Assembly (NCBI GenBank): GCA_051649345.1
Contig: JBOFGX010000173.1
Location: 1-52,069 of the forward strand
DNA length: 52,069 nt
Direction: 5' to 3'
Source of the DNA: Leadbetterella sp.
GTDB lineage: Bacteria; Bacteroidota; Bacteroidia; Cytophagales; Spirosomataceae
Position numbers and translations under genes: made by a program. The notes under the pieces were generated by a model. The model was given only the letters and a program-made list of their open reading frames with translations. It had not been told where the DNA came from and did not search any database. Below are positions 32,293 through 43,000 of the stretch, one piece after another. Numbering within the stretch: position 1 is the first letter of the stretch; each line of letters starts with the position of its first letter.

Positions 32293-35200
32293 TTGAAAAA
32301 AGTCAGAAAGTCATTCGTTCTTTGTGGACTATGTTCACTACTACTATTTATTTATACACCTCTTATTTCGCAAAAAAACACACCGCCCCAAAAAGGAATC
32401 GAAAATAAAAGTCGTAAACAGTTTTCATATGGTAGTTTAAGTGAGCGGCTTCATATTTCTGAGATTGTGGCCAGTAATCTTTCGACGATTGAGTTTAATG
32501 GTGTTTATTATGATTGGTTTGAAATACTGAACAATACACCCAATAATATTGATCTTGCAAGTTACTATTTATCAGATCTTGCTACCAATCTTACTAAATT
32601 CCAACTTTCTTCCACTCCTGGTGAAAATGTAATTCTAGCAGGTGAGACTAAGATTTTTTGGGCAAGCAGCTTGCCGAATTTAGGTTCTAATCATACGAAT
32701 TTTTCGCTTTCACAAAATGGCGAGGCCGTTATACTCACTGCTCCTGATGGCGTTACTATTATTGATCAAGTTGCATTCCCCAAACAAAGAACAGATGTAT
32801 CATATGGTCTAGATTATACCGGAAATGGCGTTTATAAGTACTTCAGACCCACAAGTCCAGGTGCTGACAATGACCTTAATAATTCTTATTTAGGCATTCT
32901 GAATCCCGTAACATTTTCGCAATCAGGGAGCTTCTATAATAGCCCATTTACACTTTCAATAACAAATCCTAACCCTGGCTCCGATATAATTTATACTTTA
33001 GATGGATCAAATCCAGATAGCTTAAAAGTTAGCAACCCTACGTTTTTTTCTTATAAAAATGTCTATCCTGAATTACCAGGTGATCCATATGGACCTTTAT
33101 TAACGGCAAGTTATGAGAGCTTCAAATACAATTCAGGAATCACTATCAGTGATCGAACGTTTACAGACACAAACTACGTGAGTAATTTTGCCTCCTCATA
33201 CCACAGTTTCCCATTTTATTTACCCACATATCCAGTAAAAAAAGCGAACATTGTTAGGGCCATCGCTCACAAGCCAGGCTATCTAGCGAGTGAAATTGTG
33301 ACCAATACCTATATTTATTCTTCTTCAGGACAAAATCCTTATGGTGTACCTATTATTTCTACAGTTTCATCCAATGATAATCTCTTTGATTACAATACGG
33401 GGATATATACTGCTGGTTACCGTTTAGATCTATGGCGACAATTTGATCCAATGGGTGACGCTAATCTTTGTGCCCCAGGAAACTACTCGCTAAATGGAAG
33501 CCTGTATGAGAGGTCTGGAAATTTTGAGTATTTCTCTGGGAATAGTCGCGTCATCAATGAAGCTTTAGGATTCAGGATCAATGGAAATTGCAGTGCTACA
33601 ATTCAACAAAAAGCACTTCGTTTTTATTCAAACACAAAATTCAACAATTTCTCTTTTTTCTCTAGTCATCCTAGTTTAAAGCATGATAGGATTATAGCTA
33701 GACAGTCTGGGAACGACTTTTTCGGGACTATGTTTAAAGATGCTTTTGTTCAGAACCTAACAAAGAGCTTAAATTATGCCACGCAAAAGTATCAGCCAGC
33801 AGTAAGCTTTTTAAACGGAGAGTATTGGGGAATTCTAAACATGCGTGAACGTTATGATAAGTACTATTTCAAAAACATTTACAATACCCCTATCGACAGT
33901 ATAGACCTACTCAAAATTGCATATTACCAGACAGATATAGAAGAAGGTAGTGATTTTACATATGAAGCATTTAAATCCTCTGTATTGACCTACAACATGA
34001 CGGATTCATTAGCATTTGCTTATTCAAGTTCTTTCTTTGATGCTTCGAGCTTAATTGATTATCAGATAACCGAAACCTTTATTTCTAATCAAGATTGGCC
34101 AAACAACAATTTAGGCGTTTGGAGAAAAACAAAATCATATGTTGAGAGTACCAATAATAATGTAAACGATGGTCGATTTCGATGGTTTTTCTACGATGCT
34201 GACTGGAGTCTAGGTTTTAGCGGCTCACAACCTGATACGCAATTGCCTTCAGAATTAATCGAAAAACCAGGGAACGAAATTTTCAAAAAATTATTGACCA
34301 ACCCTGACATAAAAGAGAATTTTGCAAGTAAGTATGCCGATGTTTTAAATTCCATACTCAGACCCAGTTATTCTGTAAATATTTACAATCAAATGCAGAA
34401 CCAATATCGTCCTCTTATTGGTGATCAAATTAGAAGATGGAAAGGCATAGCAGACTCTCTCACTTGGGAGAACAACTGCCAAAACATAAAAAATTATTTA
34501 TCCAATAGACCCACATACATTTGGGATGATCTAAGCTACTACTTAGGACTAGATTCAACATTTCTGCTAACCCTTATTACAAATGATTTCTCCAAAGGAT
34601 ATATCAAAGTAAATACACTTACACTTGATAATAATCAGGTTGGGATTGACCCCAACCCCTCCAATTGGACAGGTAGATATTTCAGGAATTTGAAGATACA
34701 ATTGACAGCAGTACCAAGAGCGGGGTATGAATTTGTGAAATGGATTAAGAATGGAATAGATGTGATTAGCCCTACATTAGAAATTTATGAAAATGAAAAT
34801 GTAACATATCAAGCTATATTTCAAATTATAGGCGGTACTCCTACACAAATACCTACCCCCTATACATTAAGCGGATGTAGTTATAAAATGCTAAGTTGGC
34901 CTTCCAATTCGACTGCTTCTTCTTATCCAGCCAATATGAGATTTGTTTACTATAGTGTATCAGACCCCTTGTTAACAAGTACTACTATAAGCGGCTATAC
35001 CACAGGAGCTTATAATCATACATCACGTACTAGAATTATGGGGAATGGATCACGCGGGTTTTCTTTTTATAATGTCAACAATACAGCCATAAATAATGGC
35101 TATCCAAATCTAAAGTTGGGAGGAGCTATTCTAGGACTTAATACTCAGAACATTGATTCTGCTAGTGTTTCGTTCAAAGCTAGAACATTAGCTGCAAATA

Positions 35201-35640
35201 CCCGTAAATACGCTATAAGACTTCAATATAGGATTGGGGAAACAGGTGCATTTTTAGACTTTAGCCCACCTGTTGTTTACCAGGGAAAAACAGTGATTGA
35301 TTCTACATCATTCAATAATATAAGAATACCACAATCTATTATAGGTCAGCCATATGTACAATTATTGTGGAAATATTATTATACAGGTACAGGCACCAGC
35401 GGCAATAGAGATCACCTCGGCCTAGATGATATAGAAATAAAATCATTTAAATCTGAGAATTTAAATGCGAATGGACAATATGCAATAGTCAATTACCCTT
35501 CTAATGTAACGATTAAAGGTACTATTCAGAATTCCGAGCTATATTATCGAGCAAGCAACAGTATTTTGCTACTACCTAATTTCAGTGTAAATTCTAGTAA
35601 TATTTTTGAAGCTAAAATCCAAACTTGTGCAAATCAATAG
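32293..35640 (+). CDS. Secreted CotH-kinase-family protein with lamin-tail domain, Fn3/chitobiase-like domain and C-terminal coathanger-type domain
   Basis: ISEIVASN...DWFEILN...HTNFSLS (lamin-tail); IIYTLDGSNP; NGEYWGILNMRE, NQDWPNNN, RWFFYDAD (CotH); YRASNSILLLPNF...FEAKIQTC. Confidence 0.8.
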   Translation: MKKVRKSFVLCGLCSLLLFIYTPLISQKNTPPQKGIENKSRKQFSYGSLSERLHISEIVASNLSTIEFNGVYYDWFEILNNTPNNIDLASYYLSDLATNLTKFQLSSTPGENVILAGETKIFWASSLPNLGSNHTNFSLSQNGEAVILTAPDGVTIIDQVAFPKQRTDVSYGLDYTGNGVYKYFRPTSPGADNDLNNSYLGILNPVTFSQSGSFYNSPFTLSITNPNPGSDIIYTLDGSNPDSLKVSNPTFFSYKNVYPELPGDPYGPLLTASYESFKYNSGITISDRTFTDTNYVSNFASSYHSFPFYLPTYPVKKANIVRAIAHKPGYLASEIVTNTYIYSSSGQNPYGVPIISTVSSNDNLFDYNTGIYTAGYRLDLWRQFDPMGDANLCAPGNYSLNGSLYERSGNFEYFSGNSRVINEALGFRINGNCSATIQQKALRFYSNTKFNNFSFFSSHPSLKHDRIIARQSGNDFFGTMFKDAFVQNLTKSLNYATQKYQPAVSFLNGEYWGILNMRERYDKYYFKNIYNTPIDSIDLLKIAYYQTDIEEGSDFTYEAFKSSVLTYNMTDSLAFAYSSSFFDASSLIDYQITETFISNQDWPNNNLGVWRKTKSYVESTNNNVNDGRFRWFFYDADWSLGFSGSQPDTQLPSELIEKPGNEIFKKLLTNPDIKENFASKYADVLNSILRPSYSVNIYNQMQNQYRPLIGDQIRRWKGIADSLTWENNCQNIKNYLSNRPTYIWDDLSYYLGLDSTFLLTLITNDFSKGYIKVNTLTLDNNQVGIDPNPSNWTGRYFRNLKIQLTAVPRAGYEFVKWIKNGIDVISPTLEIYENENVTYQAIFQIIGGTPTQIPTPYTLSGCSYKMLSWPSNSTASSYPANMRFVYYSVSDPLLTSTTISGYTTGAYNHTSRTRIMGNGSRGFSFYNVNNTAINNGYPNLKLGGAILGLNTQNIDSASVSFKARTLAANTRKYAIRLQYRIGETGAFLDFSPPVVYQGKTVIDSTSFNNIRIPQSIIGQPYVQLLWKYYYTGTGTSGNRDHLGLDDIEIKSFKSENLNANGQYAIVNYPSNVTIKGTIQNSELYYRASNSILLLPNFSVNSSNIFEAKIQTCANQ

Positions 35641-36322
35641 ATCAATTATTTTCGGATTATTTTTTGTATTTTGTTTTTTAAATTCTAAAGGGCAATCTTT
35701 TAATTCGCAAGAGTTTAAAGATAGATTTTACAAATCGACAGAACGAATTCTACTTGATATACGCAATCCAAGATTGTATCAAAAAGCTCATATATCGAAA
35801 TCTGTAAATTTAGATTTTGAAGAGGATGATTTTGAAAAAAAAATAAAGACTTACAATAAAAAATCCGAAATTTTTCTTTATTGCCAAAATGGATCCTATA
35901 GCAGTGAAGCATATACATTTCTGACAGAAATTGGCTTTAAAAATATACGTATTTTGGAGGGTGGATTTGAAAACTGGGTAAGGACTCCCATGCCGTACGT
36001 ATCAAGCCCAAGCTTTACGGAGACGCTTTCTATTTACACCAGTGAAGATTATAAAAATCTATCTATTCGCTTCGAATTAGTCGCATTCACATTTATAAAA
36101 GACGATTGCTTGGCATGTCAAGACCAAGAAAAAGTCTTGAATGAGATAAAAACAAAGTACCCCAATCTACGTGTCATAAAAATCAACGCCGAGGATAATC
36201 TTACGCTTTCTGAAAAACTACAAATTAAAGAAAAACCCACTCTAATTTTGTACAAAAGTTCTCATCAAATCTGGAGGCATACAGGTTTAGCTAAAAAAGA
36301 GGACCTAGAAGCAGTTTTGTAA
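35606..36322 (+). CDS. Rhodanese-thioredoxin fusion, exported
   Basis: LLDIRNP...HI, LYCQNG, LEGGFENW; CLAC (CxxC) and KPTL. Start uncertain (TTG 35606 or GTG 35627). Confidence 0.8.
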   Translation: MKLKSKLVQINRSIIFGLFFVFCFLNSKGQSFNSQEFKDRFYKSTERILLDIRNPRLYQKAHISKSVNLDFEEDDFEKKIKTYNKKSEIFLYCQNGSYSSEAYTFLTEIGFKNIRILEGGFENWVRTPMPYVSSPSFTETLSIYTSEDYKNLSIRFELVAFTFIKDDCLACQDQEKVLNEIKTKYPNLRVIKINAEDNLTLSEKLQIKEKPTLILYKSSHQIWRHTGLAKKEDLEAVL

Positions 36323-36346
36323 AAAAGAGCTTTTTTAGTATCTTTG
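36316..36346 (+). promoter_or_regulatory. Promoter of ruvA-sprA (TTTG-N19-TATCTTTG)
   Basis: Both Bacteroidota consensus boxes at canonical spacing. Confidence 0.75.
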
Positions 36347-36365
36347 ACCTCTTATAAACTGCAAG

Positions 36366-36959
36366 ATGATAGCCTTTCTTAAAGGAAAAATTACTGAAAA
36401 AGACCCCACCCATGTGTTACTTGATGTGCAGGGGGTAGGCTATTATGTTAGGATATCGCTTCAAACATACGCTACATTTACATCTGATAATGAATCCGTA
36501 TGTTTAAACACAGTTCAAATTTTCAGAGAAGATAGCCAAACCCTATTTGGATTTGCTACGAAAGATGAAAAAGAGCTTTTTGAACATTTGATAAGTGTTT
36601 CTGGAATTGGTCCTAGTATAGCCTTGGTATTTTTATCTTCTATGTCAGGAGCAGAGATTAGACAAGCTATCATATCAGAAGATGTAAGGACTATTCAAAA
36701 CATCAAAGGAATTGGAGCAAAAACTGCACAAAGAGCTGTTATAGAGCTAAAGGATAAATTGAAAAAAGAAATCATTAGTGAAGGAATAAATCCTGGTCTT
36801 TTTGCAAAAGCCAATCTTAGTTTACGTTCAGAAGCGTTAACAGCATTGGTTACTTTGGGTATTCCAAAACCAGCAGCAGAAAAAAGTATCGATATCATTT
36901 TAAAGAGAACAGGAGGAGATATAAGTTTGGAAGAACTCATAAAACTAGCATTAAGATAA
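36366..36959 (+). CDS. ruvA: Holliday junction branch migration protein RuvA
   Basis: MIAFLKG, GVGY, LFGF, VSGIGP, GIGAKTAQR. Confidence 0.97.
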   Translation: MIAFLKGKITEKDPTHVLLDVQGVGYYVRISLQTYATFTSDNESVCLNTVQIFREDSQTLFGFATKDEKELFEHLISVSGIGPSIALVFLSSMSGAEIRQAIISEDVRTIQNIKGIGAKTAQRAVIELKDKLKKEIISEGINPGLFAKANLSLRSEALTALVTLGIPKPAAEKSIDIILKRTGGDISLEELIKLALR

Positions 36960-37034
36960 AACCCTTATTAAAATAGAATAAATTTCGTCTGTATTCGTTA
37001 GTTCTTAGATGTACAGAGAAGAGTAAACCACAGT

Positions 37035-40000
37035 ATGGCATATAAGAAAACGAATTACCTACTACTTCTTTTTTTGATGTTATGTAGTTTGGCATACGGA
37101 CAAAAAAAGGGAATCAAAAAAGACTCAACTATTACCAAAAAACCATTGTCAACTGCTGGAGCATCTAGCGTTACGATTGCCAAGGACACTATCCCTTTTA
37201 AAAATGCAAAAGTATCTTTTCTTGAAAACTGGAAAGACACATACTTACAGAGAATAGTAGATCAGCCTTCTCCTTTCTTATCGATTTACCCAGATACAGT
37301 TAAATCGGACGTACAATTGAATATAAAAAACAAGACTTTTGAGTTTACTGAGAAATCCGCTGCTCAGCTAGATTATAAACCCAATCAACTCCTAAACATT
37401 GATCAATACAATTCTATAGTGAACCAGTCCGTAAAGAAAAGCCTTCTTAGGGATTATGAAAAACTACAGGATGGTAATTCCAAATTTGGAGGTAAAAAAC
37501 TCAATCCTTTGCTGGGAGATAATAAAATTTTTGATCGGCTGTTTGGTGGGAAGATTCCAGAATTTATGCCAAATGGATTCATAGGTATCGATTTAAGAGC
37601 AGGCTCCCAGTTTATAGATAATCCCAGCACTCCTATTGCTTTAAGACGTTCACCAATTTTTGATTGGGATCAACAAATAGCTGTAAATTTTAATAATTTA
37701 TTTAATGGATCGGGCTCTGAAGGAGCAGATGGACAAGAAAACCTACCTAATATCCCTAATCTTGATAACGCCAAAGAAGAACTCTACAAAAACCCGCAGC
37801 TATCGGATCTAAAAAATGTTTTAGGTAGAGCAGGACAGGTAAAAGAAAAAATGCAAATAACAGGAAATTTTGACACCAAATCTGCATTCAATTTCGAAAA
37901 CAGATTCAAACTTGCCTTCAAAAATGACCCTGAAGACATACTTCAAAAAATTGAGCTTGGCAATGTTAGTATGCCTAACAGAAGCCAGCTAATCCCAGGA
38001 GTTCAAAATCTTTTAGGGGGGAAAATAGCTCTAAAATTTGGACACTTAGATATCACTGCCGTTGGAGCTCAACAAAATTCTCGTACACAATCTATATTAA
38101 TTAATAGCGGAAACCAAAATCGTGGGTTTGAGATTCGCTGTGACAATTATGACGAAAATAGGCATTTTTTCCTTTCTCAGTTTTTTAGGGACAATTACGA
38201 AAAATCTCTGGGGAGGCTCCCAGTGGTAACCTCGGGAGTACGTATCACTCGTGTTGAAGTTTATGTTACCAATCGTACAGCCAATGTAAGTAGTATGAGA
38301 AGCCTAGTTGGCTTATCTGACTTGGGAGAAACAAAACCCTATAAAACCAATGTTGTTACTCCTAATAGTGGCATTATAGCTGCCGACAACCAAGCCAACA
38401 ATTTATACAGTTTAGTCAATAGCAATTCAACTGTAAGGAGTATTGATAATACTTCTAGGGTATTAAGTGGCCTATCACTTACCAATGGGGAAGATTTTGA
38501 GCTACTTCGAGGAGCGAAAAGACTTACGGATAGAGAATTTGAAATACAGCCTGAGCTTGGTTACATAAGTCTCAATACACCGCTACGAAACGATGAAATA
38601 CTGGCTGTCGCCTACGAGTACACCTACCAAGGTAGACCCTACAAGGTGGGGGAACTCACAGAAGATTACGTTAGTAGAAAAGAGGATGAGGTAATCATGC
38701 TCAAGCTTATAAAATCATCCACCATCAGAAATAGGCTGAACAATCCTATGTGGGATTTGATGATGAAAAACGTATATATGCTATCCCAATCCCAAATCAA
38801 AAAAGAGGGATTTCAGTTACGTATTGTATATAAAGATGACGCAACTGGGCTTGATTCACCCAATTTCAAAGAGGGTAATTTGGCTAACAAACCAATTCTT
38901 GAGGCATTAGGCTTAGATAGACTTAATTTTAACCTTGACCCCTTAAATGATGGTAATTTTGACTATATAGAAGGTGTTACTATTTCCGAAAAATACGGTA
39001 TGGTTATCTTTCCTGTTTTAGAACCCTTTGGTAGTCATTTAGCTGGCAAACTATCTGACAAAGCACTTTCTGACAAGTATGTATTTAATGAATTGTACGA
39101 TAAGACACTCTCCGATGCTCAACAAGTAACCTTAAAAAACAAATTTTTCTTAGTAGGAAGTGTACAATCCAGTGGTACGGAAATAAATCTCCCCTTGGGA
39201 GCCTCAGGTTCTTCTGTGCGGGTATATGCTGGTGGAACAGAGCTCAAAGAAGGTGTGGACTTTACCGTAGATTCGCAGCTTGGACGGCTTATGATTACAA
39301 ACCAAAGTATCATGAGCTCAGGACGTCAAATTCGTATTGATTATGAATCTCCCGATTTGTTTCAAAGTCAAGTACGTAGGTTGTTTGGACTTAGACTTGA
39401 CTATACCTTGAGTCGCAACTTGAGAATTGGAGGTACATTCATGAATCTTCGTGAAGCTCCACCCGGCCTTATTTCACGTACATCCATAGGGAATGAACCC
39501 GTTAACAATTCCCAATGGGGAATTGACCTAAATTGGAAAGCAGACCTTCCAAACCTTACCCGATTCTTAGATGCTTTACCCGGCATTCAAACCAAAGAAA
39601 AGTCTAGCATAATATTGAATACAGAATTTGCTCAGTTGAGACCGGGCGTTAACAACAAAAGAATCAATGGAAGCTCGATGATAGACGACTTTGAGTTTGC
39701 AAGAAATACAAATGACCTTTCTCGTCAACAGAATAAATGGAGATTGGGCTCAACACCTCTTTCTATATTAAATAGGATTGGTAAAAATGCATTAGGCCAA
39801 AATCCGTATCTGTATAATTATAATCGTGCGGTTATGTCAATTTATACGATTGATCCCACTACATATATTAACGATGGCTTTGGAGGGGGTGGACAAGTTC
39901 CACAAGAAATCGCACGTAAGGCTTCCAATAACATATATGAAAAAGCGTATTCCATAAATTCTATCTTCCCCGGAAGATCCTTAAATGTACTACAACAAAG

Positions 40001-43000
40001 CCTTCCTTCTCAAATACTGGATGTTTCGTTCTTCCCAAAAGAACCGGGTATGTATAATTACAATCCAAATCTTACACCAGAAGGCTATCTTGAGGACCAT
40101 AAAAAGAGTTTTGGAAGTATAATGAGAGGTCTGACTTTTGACGCTGACTTTGATAATGCGAATATAGAAATTCTAGAATTTTGGCTCTTGGATCCATTCA
40201 AGGATGCAGTCAATGATGGGCAAGCCAATGGTAATAAGAAAAATATAATGGGCGGTAAATTTAAAATCCACCTAGGAGATGTATCTGAAGATGTGATTCC
40301 TGATAGTAGATTTAACTTTGAAAACGGAATCAAAAAAGATTCTAAATTTTCGAAACCAGATACAACAAAATGGGGATATGCCCCTAAAACTCAATTTACG
40401 ACAGACGGTTTTGATACCCAAGAATCCACTAGAAAGTCGCAAGACGTCGGATTGGACGGTCTAAGTAACAACGAAGAACAAACTTTTGGACACATTAAAG
40501 AATACTTAGATCAAGTTAGTACTAAGGTAAAACCTGAAGTTTATAAGAAAATACAGGAAGACCCCTCAAGAGATGATTTTAAATTTTTTCTAGATACAAA
40601 ATTTGATGAAAACCCAGGCATCTCTCTATTAGAAAGATTTAAGGGCTATTTGGGATTTGAAAATAATGCTCCCTTAAGTGAAAGCTCCAATTCTGGATAT
40701 ACTCAATCTGTATCCAACACGGCCGACAAAGAAGATATAAATCAAGACAACACAATTAACGAAATCGAAGATTATTATGAATATGAACTAAACCTAAAGC
40801 CCGAGGAATTAGAAGTCGGTAAGCAAAATATAGTAGATAAAGTCAATGCAGAAGGTGCTGATTGGTTTTTGTTCAGAATACCCATTAAATCTCCTACTCG
40901 AAGTTTCCCTACTGATAAAGAAGGATTCAAATCTATGCGGTTCATTCGTATGGTGGCAGAGGAGTGGGATGAGCCTGTGGTATTACGATTTGCCTCTTTA
41001 CAATTGGTTTCGAATCAGTATAGAGTTTATGAAAGCAAACTTGATGATTCCAGTAATTTTGAAGTAAAAGAGACTGACATAAACGTACAATTTAATGTTT
41101 CTTCCGTCAATGTAGAAGAAAATGGATGTCCGCAAGATGGTGATTGCAATATTAAAAAAGGTACAATCCCTTATGTGGTTCCACCGGGATTTGTACGAGA
41201 TTTTGATCAAAATTCAGTTAATCAAATCATTTATCAAAATGAACAATCTTTGCGTTTGACTGTTAGTAATTTACCGGGAGGTAAGGCACGTGCCATTTTT
41301 AAAAACACACAATCCGATTTAAATATGTACAAGCGTATAAAAATGTTTGTGCATGCTGAAAATAAAGGAAATGCCCCAGATAGTGCTGGAGCATTTTTAC
41401 GAATTGGTACCGACCTTAAAAACAATTATTACGAGATAGAAATACCTTATCTGCGAATGACCATTGATACTAATTCCAAGGATCCAACCGTAATTTGGCC
41501 CTCAAAAAACGAATTTGATATCCCTTTAGACGAGCTTAGAAATCTTAAACTAAAACGAAATCGCTCCAATGCTCCATTTGATAAAATTTATGGAGGTGAT
41601 ACATTAGTGAAAATATTAGGAACTGAATCCGGAATTGATGATTTTGACTCCAATCCAACTTTCGAGCGTAATTACTATCTCCGTATAAAAGGCAATCCTG
41701 ATTTGGGTAATATTATGACAATGATGATCGGTATCAAAAACAATGATCTTAATGATAAAATTGGTATTGAATTCACGACCTGGTTTGATGAATTCCGTGC
41801 CTTTGGTTTTGATACAGAAACAGGCGAAGCCGGTATTTTTTCATCCGATATCAAACTTGCCGACTTAGCCACAGTTTCATTAAGTGGTAACTTCAAGAAC
41901 TATGGGTATGGAGGTGTGCAAGATAGAATTTCTATGCGTTCCAGAGAAAAGAGTATAGGATTTGGGGTGGCTAGTACAATAGAATTGGATAAATTTCTAC
42001 CATCCAAATGGGGATTATCTGTTCCTCTGTTTGTTAACTTCGATCAACAACGAATAACCCCTGAATTCAATCCATTGGATCCTGATATACGATTAGACGA
42101 TGCTATTTCAAATAACGAACTAATACCTAATGAGAAAAAGAATAAATATCAAGAAAAATTTAGCCGAAAAATAGTTCAAGAAGTATATACGACCAAAGGA
42201 TTCAATTTTACAAATGTACACAAAGTAAAGACACAAGAGAACCCCACCAATCATTTTTATGACTTAGAAAATTTCAGTCTCTCTTATGCTAAAAATTCCA
42301 TAGAAAGAAGAAACTTCCTTGTCTATCAGTACTTAGCAACACAAAATCGAGCAGGTCTTAGTTACCAATATTCTCCCAAACCCAGATCTTGGACTCCGTT
42401 TGACAAGGCAAATAAAATGGACAAGAGATTTATCAAAAACTTTAAAGATCTAAACTTTGGCTTTATTCCTACAAACATTGGATTTCGTTCAGACTATGAC
42501 AGAAGCTCTATTAAAAATCTGTTTCGAGGACCCAATTTAGATACTACGGGAGTTAAGCCAAATATCATTAAATACTTCTTGGGTAATCGATACTATGATG
42601 CCCAGTGGGAGTTCACAAAATCTATAAGCATTAGCTATTCTTCCCAAATGACGGCAATACAAGACGATATTGATTCAATAACAATTAAAGAAGTGGATTT
42701 TCTTAAAGGTATATCTAGGCGAGGAAGACCCAAAAATTTTGTTCAGAAAATACAAGCTACCTATCAAATTCCCTTGGATCGTTTCTTTTTGCTTGATTGG
42801 ATCAAGATGGATTCTCGATACAACAACAATTATGGTTTTCAGGCCGGTTTTTTCGAAATTAAGAACGGAAAACAACTCAATGAATTTGGTAATATGGTAG
42901 AGAATGGAAGAGAATTTGGATTGTCTGGAAAGGTAGACTTAGTAAAGCTATACAACAAACTTAAGTATTTAAAAGCGGCGAATACACCCAAAACACCTCC

